Shown here piece by piece: positions 46,913 through 58,838 of a DNA stretch of 64,000 bases. Each line of letters starts with the position of its first letter. The first letter of the stretch is position 1. The notes beneath the pieces were generated by a model. The model saw only the letters and a program-made list of their open reading frames with translations. It was not told the origin of the DNA and did not search any database. The DNA is from Leptogorgia sarmentosa (taxonomy: Eukaryota): the NCBI GenBank assembly GCA_964658305.1, contig OZ210885.1, forward strand, positions 4,216,001-4,280,000. The letters run 5' to 3'. The position numbers were made by a program, and so were the translations under genes.

Positions 46913-49900
46913 CAGCGTTTCCACTTTCAAGGAAATTTCCTTTTTCAAGGAAATTTTGACTCCCAGAAGGAATTTTCAAGGATGGAAAAAAAACAAGGAA
47001 ATTCAAGGAAATCTAAGGAAATATCATAAATAGCAATATCTAATAGTAAAAATAGTTAAAAGTTAAAATTTCCTTTTAAAATTTCCTATTCAAGGTATTT
47101 TGTGTACTGATAATTTCAGAACATTTACCATCTTACATCACAGTAAATACATGAATTATCCAGAGTTTTGCGAAAAATGACAGCTGGAGACTGGAACGCG
47201 GTCTCGTCTCCTACACATCTGACATCTTGCATGTTGTCTTCCTTTTAATTAATTACATGAATAAATCATGAAGCGATCAAAAACTGTTGAATCGGAGTCA
47301 GATGGCTCAGAATCTGACCTTTCAGATAAAGATGAACCAATGGCAATGGGCAAACCTGTCACTAAAAAGAAGAAGTACGAGCAAAAATTTTTGAATTCCT
47401 GGCTGTCTGAACCACAGTTCAAATGTTGGCTAGAAAGACGGAAAGATGTGCCCCACTGCAAAATTTGCGATTGCTCACTATCTTGCGCCAAGACGGCCTT
47501 AAAACGGCACATGGAAAATAAAAAGCACAAGGACTTGAGTAAAATAAAAGAGCAAGTAAACAGACCCATAACCTCCACTATGTTCGGACCACGTGCTAAT
47601 CCAGCAAGGATTGAGATAAAACTTTGCTCGTTTATAACCGAAAAAAATCTCCCAATCAGTATTGTGGAAGATCTTGTGCCACTGCTACGAAACCTTTTCC
47701 CTTCAGATCCAGCGCTCCGTGAAGTTAAACTGGGAAAACAAAAGGCCACCAATGTAATTCGACAAGTACTTGGATTCCATGCTATCAAAGAGTGTGTTTC
47801 TAAACTTAGAAACGAGAAATTTTCGGTGATTATCGACGAAACCACGGATAAATCAACAACGTCACAACTTGCCATACTAGCAGTCTATTTCAACGAAAAA
47901 ACATTTAAACTTGAAATCGCTCTGGTCGATCTTGTACCACTCTCAAATGGAGCTGCAGCCACGATATACAAGGCTCTGTTGGATAGCCTGAAAGAAAGAG
48001 GCATTCCAATGAAGAACGTTATTGGCTTCTGCGCGGACACATGCAATGTGATGTTTGGCGCCAATCATTCCGTTGCTCAGATGCTAGTGAAAGATCATCC
48101 ATGGATAATTCCAATCAAGTGTTCCAGTCACTTGATTCATCTGTGCAGTTCACATGCATCAAAAGTTTTCCCTAAAAATGTCGAAGACCTGTGCAGGAAC
48201 ATATTTTCACATTTCAGCATGTCCAGTAAAAGATGTGAAGCATTTAAAGAGTTCCAGCAGTTTTTTGATTTGGATGAGCTAAAAATCCTGCGTCCCGGTA
48301 AATGATATAGTAGTTATATTATTCAAGAAATCAAAATTATTTTTTATCCCAAATTTGGTTTTAATTAATATAGTTTACCTTATTTTCCACTTTTTGTTTG
48401 TTAAAGGTTATACCAGGTGGTTATCCATGAAAGCATGTGTAAAGAGAATCCTTGAGCAGTATGATGCTTTAAAGCTTTACTTTACAAATGTTGCATTTGA
48501 GGATCCCACAAACACTCATGATTCAATCCTAGCAAGTTTAAATAATAAGTTCTATCAGGTCTACTTGGAGTTTATGGACTTCAATTTAGGTAAAAAAATT
48601 AAACACAAAATGTATTTTGTATTTTTGTACATGTAGCTTTATTGAATCTGCATTTTGGCTAACTTGCAAGATAGTCAAAAGCTGATGTTTTAATGAAGTT
48701 AGAAAATGTAATTTGAAATTATTCTTTCTGTATTTAATTATTAATTTAATTATTAATTTAATTGTTAATTTACACATTTGGTTCATAATCAATTTAGGGA
48801 AGTTTGTGTCATTCAACTTGCTATTCCAAAGTGAAACTCCACAGCTCCACCAGCTGAAAGGGGAAGTGGATAGCCTCATCAGGAGTATGTGTCTCGATTT
48901 TATGGACATAGGATATGTGAGAAGTAAGGATGGTCTTAAGATCGATCCATGCAAGAAAGATAAGCACTTGCCTCTGGATAAAGTTTACCTTGGTGTTTTG
49001 GCGACAGATACTATGGCTGCCATCAAACAAGAACTTGGTGATAAAGATCCAAGTATAGCTCTTGTTTATTCCCAGTGTCAAAAGTTCTTGATCGAGGCAG
49101 TAAAGCAAATCCAATCCCGGTTTAGTGATTGCTATCAATTAGATGATCTTGTTTCATGCCTTTTGCCAAATAATGCTTACAACTTGAAAATTCCTTCACT
49201 GCGTGGATTGTACAACAAAATGCCTATCCTCAATGAAGTCGCTGATATACAGAAGGTAGATCAAGAATGGAGAAGTCATTCAATGAACCCCAAGTTGAAT
49301 GAAGGTCTGACTCCAGAGGAATACTGGCAAGTTGTATTCACTGAAAAGCGATCGGCGAGTGACCATGAACTTGCCAGACCAAATTTAGTCAAAGTCGTGA
49401 AAGTCTTGTTGTCTTTGCCCTTTTCCAATGCCGCAGTAGAAAGAGTATTCAGCCAACTAAAGTTGATCAAAACAGATCATAGATCTTGTTTAAAGCAGGA
49501 AAGTTTACTTGCTTTGTTATCAACCAAAATGATGCTTTTGAAATCTAACAACTTAGCATCTGTAAAGCTTGAACCTTCGAAGGATATTCTCAGGCTACAC
49601 AAGGACATGGTAGCAAATGCTGACAATGACGATGTCAACCAGCTAAGGAAAGATTTTTTGAAGAAGATTAACATTACATGAAGATTGAAGAGTTCGATTG
49701 ATCATACAGGGACCAGCGACACAGAATCACATACTGAATGAACAGCGGCAGTGATGCACGTGCACTTTAACAGCACAGCACAATTCAGCACAATCTAACT
49801 TCTCAGGGGTTGGGTTATATTAATTCATGTTTAATATTTACATAATACATTTTCCATTTGTCATTATGCAGCTCATATTTTTTTTCCCTCACAAATATTG

Positions 49901-50041
49901 CTGAATTTATTGTTAAATTGAGTATATATAGGCAAGTTTTTTCAAAGAAATTTTAAGGAAATTTTATTCCTCAATCAAGGAAATCTAAGGAAATATTGAC
50001 ATAAATCTCAGGAATTTTAAAATTTGACTGTGGAAGCACTG
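46913..50041 (+). mobile_element. Complete hAT DNA transposon, 3129 bp
   Basis: Perfect 8-bp TSD AATAGGGA (46905-46912, 50042-50049); imperfect TIRs CAGCGTTTCCAC / CAGTGCTTCCAC; subterminal AAGGAAAT repeats at both ends. Confidence 0.95.
47268..49681 (+). CDS. Intact 3-exon hAT transposase, 698 aa (47268-48297, 48407-48589, 48798-49681)
   Basis: Phase-compatible GT-AG introns give 2097 nt with no internal stop; BED-like CKIC...H...H, IIDETTD, CADTCNVMFG, CSSHLIHL, TRWLS, SNAAVERVFSQL. Confidence 0.92.
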
Positions 50042-53000
50042 AATAGGGAATCAAATTGCACAATTACAGATGCCAATGAAGGTAATGTTGAAATATGGAT
50101 CTTTAAAAAAAGCAAAGTTTACATGGTTTTAAAAGATGAACCCTATACAGTTTCAGTATCTGACAATAGAAGAAGGGGATGAAGAGAGTTACCAACATGC
50201 ACTCACAGTTCTTCCTAATTACTCTCGAGTAACTGTGGAAATGAGTATTCAAAGGATGAAAGAGATAAGTATATCTGGTGAAAGAAATTATCACAGGAAG
50301 GAAGTTGTTGCTGAGGAAATAAAACGCGAAATGGGACTACATGATGACCAAGGGAAAGGAAAGAAAGGGTACATGGATGCTAAATGGACAGCTAAATGTG
50401 ACACACTCATGGAACATGATTCCAGGTTTCTCTTTGAATATGACAAGCTGCAAAGTGGTGTGGAGTTAGCATTTGGAGATAAAAGGTATCTTTTAAATCC
50501 ATTCCAGATCATATGTCCTATTTGTGGGCAAGTAAAATGCTTGGGGAACATGAACCAACCTGTAGCATTGGTCCAACATATTACTACTCAGCATTCTACA
50601 GAAGCCGCTGTAGCATGTACAAAGCGATTGAAAGCATGGGGGCAAAATAATTTTATAACTGCCCCACAAATGGACGGTGAGGCACTTTTGCCTGAAGGTC
50701 TCTTTAATTTAACTTCACTACTGTCAACGCCACGGGTCAGGAATGCCACCCTGGCCCGTGACATTGTTTGAGGGGTGCTTGTCACTTTGATAAATTAGAC
50801 ATGGTAATTTCTTTAAAGTTAATGAGAAATTCAGCTCATGAAACATATATTACTTATACTGTTTGTTTCTCAGCAACTTGTCCAAAATAACTAGTTGGTA
50901 AATAGTCATTGTATAATTGTAAAGTACTTGACAAAATGGAGAGGATCGAAGTCAATACTATACAGTAGATGTACACAAAACTGCATAGTAAAATATTACA
51001 TGCTATTTACTGCTATATTTTACACCAAGTGTCACCTTTTACTATTACCATGCAAATTTAAAGATAAGGTTGACAAGTGCCCCTTAACGATGAGCTATCA
51101 AGGAAGGAAACTACGTACTTAACCTATTGGCTTAAACTAGCCATAGATTCAGGCATAATATCGAGAGAGCATGTACTATATCAATCTGTGGATGCATTTA
51201 TGACATACTGCATATTATCAAATAATGCCGGAACTTGTAAATTCACCTCTTTGGACAAGCCTTGTGAACGATGCGATCAGCAGAAGTGTACAACAAACGG
51301 ATCCCCATGTGTAAGTGCAAAGATACTTCACATTTCATCTGACCAGGCGCCATCACAACGAAAGGCACACATGGAACTGAATGAAGGTGTACCAAGAGAC
51401 ATATTAGATCCAGGCTACATTCAATATGGATTTGGGCTGCTGCACTTTGCCAAAAATTGCATTTCCTCATTGCGGCACTACAGATTGACCAACATGTCTG
51501 GGACATTTTATATTGGACTTATGACTGCAGTTTGGGCATCTAATACCACTGAAGCTTCAAAAATGAAGAAAGCAGCCCCTGCTGCTGTGTTTTCGTTCAG
51601 AGATGCGCATAGCGATGAAACAGGATATAAGTCTGTTTGCAAGGAGATGGAAGAAGTGATGAAGGAAACAGAAGCTATTGTTGCAACACTTGTACCTGAA
51701 CAGTATAAACCAACAGCACGGGAGGCAAAGACCCATGAAATTATTGGTCGACCATTGTATATTACCTGTAACCGCAATGGAGATTTCCTATGGACTGGTA
51801 AGTTTAAAGTGCAAATCTTCAAACAAGAACTAAGGTTGAAAAGTGACTGAGAAAGTGGTGGTGTTAATTGCTGTGCACCATATTGGTACACTGAAAGATA
51901 CTGAAACATGTTAGAAACCAACTACTAACTCAATCATTTTTCACACCTGGGTAGATCATTTCTATTATCTTTCAAAATCCTAAATACATTTGTCTTTCTG
52001 CAATTTTTGATATGTTAACTTGTTGTTAGAAGCAATTTTTGTGATATGTTTTTCTTGTTCGATAGATGCAGAATATGAGTTTGTCGGAATGGGAGACAGA
52101 CATGTACCTACAAAGTGCTTAGCATTAGGAAAATGGGATGACCCTGGTAGGTTCAACTCTACTTTCTCAACTTACGAGAACAAAAGTATGTATTAATTCC
52201 TTAATTAAACGTTTACCATACTATACAATTTTGCAGGTCCTGCTCAGGAAAACACTGTAATTGCATCAAAGGCATCATTCTCCCATCCGTCAGGAATTGA
52301 TGTTATGAAGATCGAACCTGGGAAGAGTGAACAAGCCTTTGTTTGTGATAAAGGTAATTCGTGCATACGGTTCATCACAAATGTACATTCCTTCCATGGC
52401 GATAAGTTTATTGGCACAGTCAAGATCCATGGTATCCCTTTGTCATGGAAACCTGAGGCTTTAACTGTCATTCCCAATTCTCGCACAGTTGCAGTTACTG
52501 AGTCCACAAAAATCTTCCTGCTGAGTCTAGACAATTCCCTCACCTCAGGTAAAATGCACCAAGTTATTGATACCTTGAATGTACCATGTGGACTTTGTGT
52601 ATCTCCAACAACACCAGATTCACTACTTGTGGCAGATGGGAATGATGTTTTGGAAATTAATTTGAACACCCAAAGTGTTGCTATTGTAGCCCAAAACTTT
52701 CGCAAGGCATTTGACATCTCTGTTGATTCCAATGGAACTGTTGCAGTTACAGATGTAATATCACACAAGTTGCATATTCTTTCATCTAAGAAAGCTGGTC
52801 AAATGTTGGAATTACAGTCAACCATTGGCTCAATAAATGGCTGTCTTGATGGTCCTGCATCTAAAGCACTCCTATCTGAACCCACTGGTGTATGCTTTGA
52901 CATGGACACAGCAATTGTTTGCTGCTTTGGTGGCAGATCAAATGGATGTATTAAACTCCATACCACTGTCACATTTGCTTGTGAGATGATGGAAAGCATA

Positions 53001-56000
53001 AGGAAAATCTATGATGCAATTGGGTTTCTTCCTAAAGCAGAACAAAATAGATTAAGACAGCAACAGTCAAAAATTGTGATTCCATTCCACACAGGCCTTC
53101 ATAATCTTATTGATTCCCTTGCATACTTACAAGGTATCACCACTAAACGGGGAGAGTACCTTAATAGTGCAACAGCTGGTCCTGAGGGTACAGTGTATCA
53201 TATTTCCTTGAAAGGTTTTGCTGAGGTTGTAAAGGCGTTAGAAACACATGTGCAAGTTTTTAAAATGGTTGGTATGGCTGACACAGTAGACAATATCAAT
53301 TTGTATGCTTTGCTCAACGAATCCACGAAAGAACATGGCTTTGCCAAGCACAAGCAATCTGGCCAGTACAGACACCCAACAAAGAAACAGTATGTCCAAA
53401 GCAAAGGGCAACATGAAATTGAAACAATCAAGAAAACTTGCAAATGTCCACATTCTTATCACACTAACACATTTAGTGCTTACCAACCAACACATGCCTC
53501 CAACTTGGCATCAACACTAGTTGTTAGTCAGTACAAGAAATGGAGTCAGCAGTTTCAACCAGAAGACATGGCCCCCACAGCAGAGATGAAGAAAAGAATG
53601 AAAAAGGCAAGAATGCTTAACGTCCTAACAAAAGCAAATCCAACTCAAAATATCAGAGACCTATATCGATACAAATGTGGATATGGCCCATGCGTTGTTT
53701 TCCAAAAGGACGCTCTGTTAGATGATGGCAATAATGATTCTCGCCATTACCCCGATTTTGAGAAACTTATGAAGGAATTGGAAGTAAGAAGAGGTGAAAC
53801 TGTTCCAACAGACAGACGGGTAGAGAGTGGAGATTACCTGTTTGTACCTGGTGATATTGTTATCATAAATCCTGGTGTCAATAATGAGATCCCTAGTGCA
53901 GACAAGTGGTGGCTTCTGCAAGTAAACAAAGCCCATCATTCAACTAAAACAGGAAATGCTTGTGTTGTGTATGGATTTTGGCTTGATGAGCAGCTGGAAA
54001 GAAAAGATGATTGTAGAGTATTTTCTCTTATGTCAAACGCAGTAAAAGTATACTTTGGCAGTGTTGTAAAGAATGCAGGGACACCACTCCTTATCCCAGC
54101 AAGTGAAATAACGACAGGATGGCAAGGTGGACAAGTGAGTTAGGCATTCTCAAACGAATACTGTTCCAAGTTAGACCACTTATCAGACCAGCACCGCCTT
54201 TCACTGGAAAGCAACAACATCGACACAGAAGAATCTGATTCTGCAGAGGAAGATGAGATTGATGAAAGTGACAATGATGACAATGACGAAGAACATGATG
54301 TGGAGCTGACCTTGTTGACCAGAAACAGAGTTATCAGGAATTCAGAAGGAAACCGAATATTTTCATACAAAGATCTGGCTGGGGTTGGCAGTAGTGGTAG
54401 AAGGGTGCAACGAAGACAGATATCTCAAGTGGAAAAAAATGATGACCTGGTATCTGCACAAAGGGACAATCCTGAATTTCACTAATTGTATTGTACACAT
54501 AAGAAAGACAAACTTTTTAATAATAATTTAGGCATGGGTGGTATGGGTGATATTTAGACATTTAAATTTGTTGAGTTCCAATGTATACCTCATTGTTGTT
54601 GCATCTCAAAAAAAAATTTTTCTTGAATGATATCTTCGTTACTTGTAGTGCTATAACTGCTGTTCTGTTTTGCTCACTTTTGCCTGAACTTGCCTGACAT
54701 TGGTGAAACCCTCATAAAACCGGGAGAGCCTAATCATATTATAATTAACAATTAGATTACGAGCTCGAGATTTCTATGAGGTGATAGTTGATGAGGGCGA
54801 AGCCCGAATCAACTATCATCTCGTAGAAATCGATAGCGAGTAATCTAATTGTTTTAGTAGAATTAGAGATCAAACATGAAAATATTGCAAAAAATATTTT
54901 AAAACCGCATCTCAGAAGACATTTTCTTGAACGAAAATTCACATATTTTGCTACTCGCTATCTATCGAGGAATAGATAGCGAGTAGAGTAGCCAATCAAA
55001 TTGCAGCATTTGCAATAGTATACGAGTATGATTCTACTAATCATGATTAGTCATACTCACAGCCACTGGTCATAGCAGCGATTAAGAGGTCATTTCCATA
55101 TTAAAAATCCTGAAACTTAATCTCTAATCCTGATCTAAAACCAACCCCAGTTCTAACCCTATTGTTTATTGTATTGGTAATCCTGACTAATCCTAGTGAT
55201 TATCTTTGGGGTGTAAAGATATATGAAAGTGATTTTAAAAACAATTACGAGACGAAAGAATTTATCGACAGAAATAGTTAATTATTAAGTTCGGTCCCAA
55301 TCGCATCCATTGCACGGAAATCAATATGGCGGCCAATATGGGCAATGTAAATTTCAGGATTTAGCAATTTAAAATGTTCCTGTCCGGCCAATTCGTCACG
55401 TATGGTTATGTATGATGTAGGACCACTATAGTTTATAAATGTATTGACATCCGCAACGGAATCATGTTTGAATGCAGTATGCAGACAGGATGTAAGTGTA
55501 TTTTGTAAAGCAGTATCCAGTATGTCACACATGGAAGTGATAAATATCTTAAAATTATATGTGAATATATTCTAATTTATTTGGTTTATGCAAATTTCAT
55601 TTGCATGTTAAACATAAAGTTTTCAGACTGCTACAGTGAACTTGCATACATATTTATACCACCTTCATTTGCTATTTGAAAAAGCATTTCACTTTCAAGT
55701 CCAAAACTGTTCAAAATAGTAATATGTAGGTATACTTTGTGGATAGTATATGAGAATGAATAGAGTTTTGATATTTTTTCCATTTCATCGATATATTGAC
55801 GTTGACGGAATTAGGTTCTAAGGAATGACCCCAGGCCCTGGCAAGGAGCTAGGGCTATTACAGCTATAAGTTCAGCTATGTTCTAGTGTTTCTGCTGCAC
55901 AAAAAAGAAGATCTGTACTATGCTTTGCATTGACCCAGTTGTTTGAAGCAATAAAAGGCCATGTTTTCAATGGGCTGAGTGCCAGGTAGTCTCGACAGAG

Positions 56001-58838
56001 AGAAATTGCTAACTTTTAATATATAGCCTAATTATTAAATGTTAGGCATTGCCTTATATATACCAAAAATCAAGAAAGCCTATAAAAATTAACCAATTAC
56101 TCAAGGATAGGGTAGATATAAGAAGGTAATGCTGGTTGACACTACCTGACATTGGGCAATGATGTGCGCTAATAGGCAGCATTGGGTGACAATGGGCGAC
56201 AATGGGCGACATTGGGCGACATTAGGCGACAATGGGCGACATTGGGCGACATTAGGCGACATTAGGCGACATTGGCCCCCAAAGTAGGCCTATTTATATC
56301 TTCATTCATATCCGTGCCTGGGCCCATAACCTGTTGATTTCATAACTTTAATAAACCCTTTTAATACAGTGAAATAAATTGTTCAACCTGTTAAAATACA
56401 ACAAAACACGAGGCATAAAAATTGATACATAGAATGTTCGTACAAGAATGCATTGCACAATATCAATTCAACACAACTGGCATAACCACTGTCCGCAAGG
56501 TGAAACCAGTTGGTGTGGCTTTATGCAAGATCGAGCAAAAGGAACTAACAACTACAAACATGGGAAAGGTTCACCTTTGCAGGGTGTGACAGCCATCAAA
56601 CCAATCTATGCTAGGTTGAGTGGTGATGAGCCGCTTGCAAAATCCTTAGATTGTAAAACACAAAACCAGAAGAGTCACTCAATGGGATGATTTGGAACCG
56701 GCTTCCAAAACAGGTCTTCGTCCATTCTGAGGTACTGCAGTTGGGGGTGTATGATGCCATCTCCAACTTCAACATTGGTTCAGGTGCTGTCTGTCAGACA
56801 TTAGAGAAGATGGGGATTGGTCCCGGTGAACACTGCTTGATGTGGATCAGCTCATTGACAAGCAACGTATCAGCAATGCCAACGTGAAGTCAACAGAGAA
56901 GACGAGGAGAAGAATTGTAAGGGCTAAGAGGAAAGCCAAGAAGGACCAGCAAGAGAAGGTAGAGGGCAAGACTTATTCCCTTGGTGAATACTGACAATAA
57001 CATGCTGTTATATTCACATTTTCAAGACTAAATCTCTTAATACTCTGATAGCGAAACTTTATGCTTAATTTATTCCATTTTACATTTTGAGCCAATTTAT
57101 GTCGCGCCAACAAAGATTTCTCAAGAACTATTGCACCAAATCACCTGAAATTTTCAATGAAGCTTTGTATATGTTTTATCTGTGTTGTGAACTAGAATTT
57201 TTGAAATTGCTCATATACATCACACACAGTTGAGGTTTTCCTTGGGCAAAATTGGCCAAAAATGGCTCAATAAATGTAAGGGAATGCAAATTATAGTAAA
57301 GTTAAAATTTTTCAACCATTCTAGTTCACAACATAGGTATTATGTATTAGTTACTATTTTCACTGTTTTTAAGTTTTTGTAGTGATTGGTTGTCCTGTAA
57401 TCCTTGTTGCCGCAAATGCCATTTTTCACAGTTGGGGGTAATTATTGCTACATAAATCATTGCTAATAATTACATTTAATCATCATATGGTAAATCATTG
57501 CTATGGCAACTTCTAAGTAGTAAACTGCATAATTCTTCATTATTTGTTCAACCAAATTGTTCTAAGCAAAAACTAGGGATCCAAGGATAGTGCAAAGTTT
57601 CAGAAAGCATGTGATAGAGTGGAGTAATATCAAATTTTGAAACTGAGACACAGCAAAACCGTTGTTGATAGCTTTGCAATTGTTGAAATGATGTTGTATT
57701 CTTTTTATATTAGCTATGACAGTATATTTTATTTCATGATAACGGAACAACGAGTATATAAAATGATTTATTTCCCCATATGTTCAGTGACAAGATGTAC
57801 TGTACGTACAAGATGTACTGCATGGTATGTACTAGCTGTTGTCCTTCTTAGTACCTAGTTATAATTATTGACATCAGAACCAACGGTTTACAGAGTATGG
57901 TATGCATGTGTTCTTGATTAAGTTAGCAATGTTCTTTACGACTGTAAGGATTTGCATGCATGGTTTTGCATGAAGTTCATAAGTATTGATTTCATGCAGC
58001 TTTGGAAAGAATCATCCTTCTTTGGTCATGTCTTCAAAAATCTCACAAGTTTTCATTGTACATCAATTGAAGTCATCTTCGGGAAGATAAGATCACAGAT
58101 ATATTTACGATCGTGGCGGTATAGTTCTCTTATTTAATCATTGGTGGCTGGCAGTTGACAGTTGAAGTACAGATGAATTACTGCATAATATGTATAGTCC
58201 AGTAGTGTCATATTCTTGTTTAATTCGGTGAGTGAAGCAGAGTTTGTATATTTAAGTCATACAGCGCCAGTCATAGGTTTCGCGATCGCATCATTTTACT
58301 GATCTGAAATGAAAATGTACATTGACTTAGTTTAGTTATTTCCCATGATGGTTTTTTACTATAGATGGAATACTATATTAATAAGTAGGTTCTTTACGAC
58401 TAATTGATGACTTCCATGAATATGGGTAAATCACAAGCCTACCTTATTAGTTCCGGCTTTCCTTTACAGAAAATCTCAATGAAAACGATGCATGGTTATG
58501 TCACTATATAAAATGATAAATATTGAATTAATTTGAATCAGGTCCGGGAAACAGGAACTTGAGAGAAAACTGAGACAAAATGAATGAAGTAAACTTACCT
58601 TTTTGTCACCTTGAAGTCACTTTGGGGAAATCTTTTGTCCCTCGCAAGCAGGGACATCAAATCCTCGAGAAACAGGGGGCAGGCGGCCATATACAATATA
58701 ATATATTTATGTTGGTCTATGTTGTGTGAAGATTATTATAACTGGCAGTCCTCATTGCAATTCATCCATAGCTTGATTTTCCTCAACTATTTCAACTATT
58801 ATGGCATTAATTGTTCATATGTTACAAAACTATATACA

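Larger units (their letters stand above)
46569..54485 (+). pseudogene. Multi-exon gene of the TIR element: putative DDE-type transposase with NHL-like beta-propeller repeats
   Basis: Exon 1 46569-46912 plus 50050-50081 (rejoined across the hAT), then ~50170-50770, ~51065-51797, 52066-52146, 52237-54485. NHL-like FSHPSGIDV, LNVPCGLCV, GCLDGPASKALLSEPTGVCFD; CPICG...H...H finger; in-frame stop at 54141-54143 and a further disruption near 50770. Confidence 0.7.
45481..56292 (+). mobile_element. Unclassified large TIR DNA transposon (10.8 kb; ~7.7 kb without the nested hAT)
   Basis: 37-bp perfect TIRs TAGGCCTACTTTGGGGGCCAATGTCGCCTAATGTCGC; subterminal 10-bp GGCGACA(A/T)T(A/G) arrays at both ends; TSD parses as 4-bp TTTA (TAG termini) or 6-bp ATTTAT (AG termini). 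Confidence 0.9.
41439..56473 (-). mobile_element. Full-length Ty1/Copia LTR retrotransposon (degenerate) with a 10.8-kb insertion in its 5' leader
   Basis: LTRs 41439-41581 and 56332-56473 (TG...CA; 3 substitutions and 1 indel); 5-bp TSD CAACT; PBS GGTTATGGGCCCAG (half-tRNA-iMet type); PPT TGAGAAGGAG. Confidence 0.97.
39799..56994 (+). pseudogene. Degenerate Mutator-like/Kolobok-Hydra-type DDE transposase split by nested insertions (pieces ~39799-40420, ~40800-41438, 56474-56994)
   Basis: EVNRRLVY, CDDTWQRRGFCSSNG, VVDVEVMSRFCKKC, MEPEGAVRIFKRS, YFGDGDSKS, LQNYYGIAVR. Removing the Copia restores SEKNNWHNHCPQGETSWC; then IWNRLPKQVFV. Superfamily assignment is tentative. Confidence 0.85.

Noticed and set aside
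45482..56291. Polinton assignment from AG...CT termini and a 6-bp TSD parse
   Set aside because: No pPolB, integrase, ATPase or capsid inside, and the TIRs are short.
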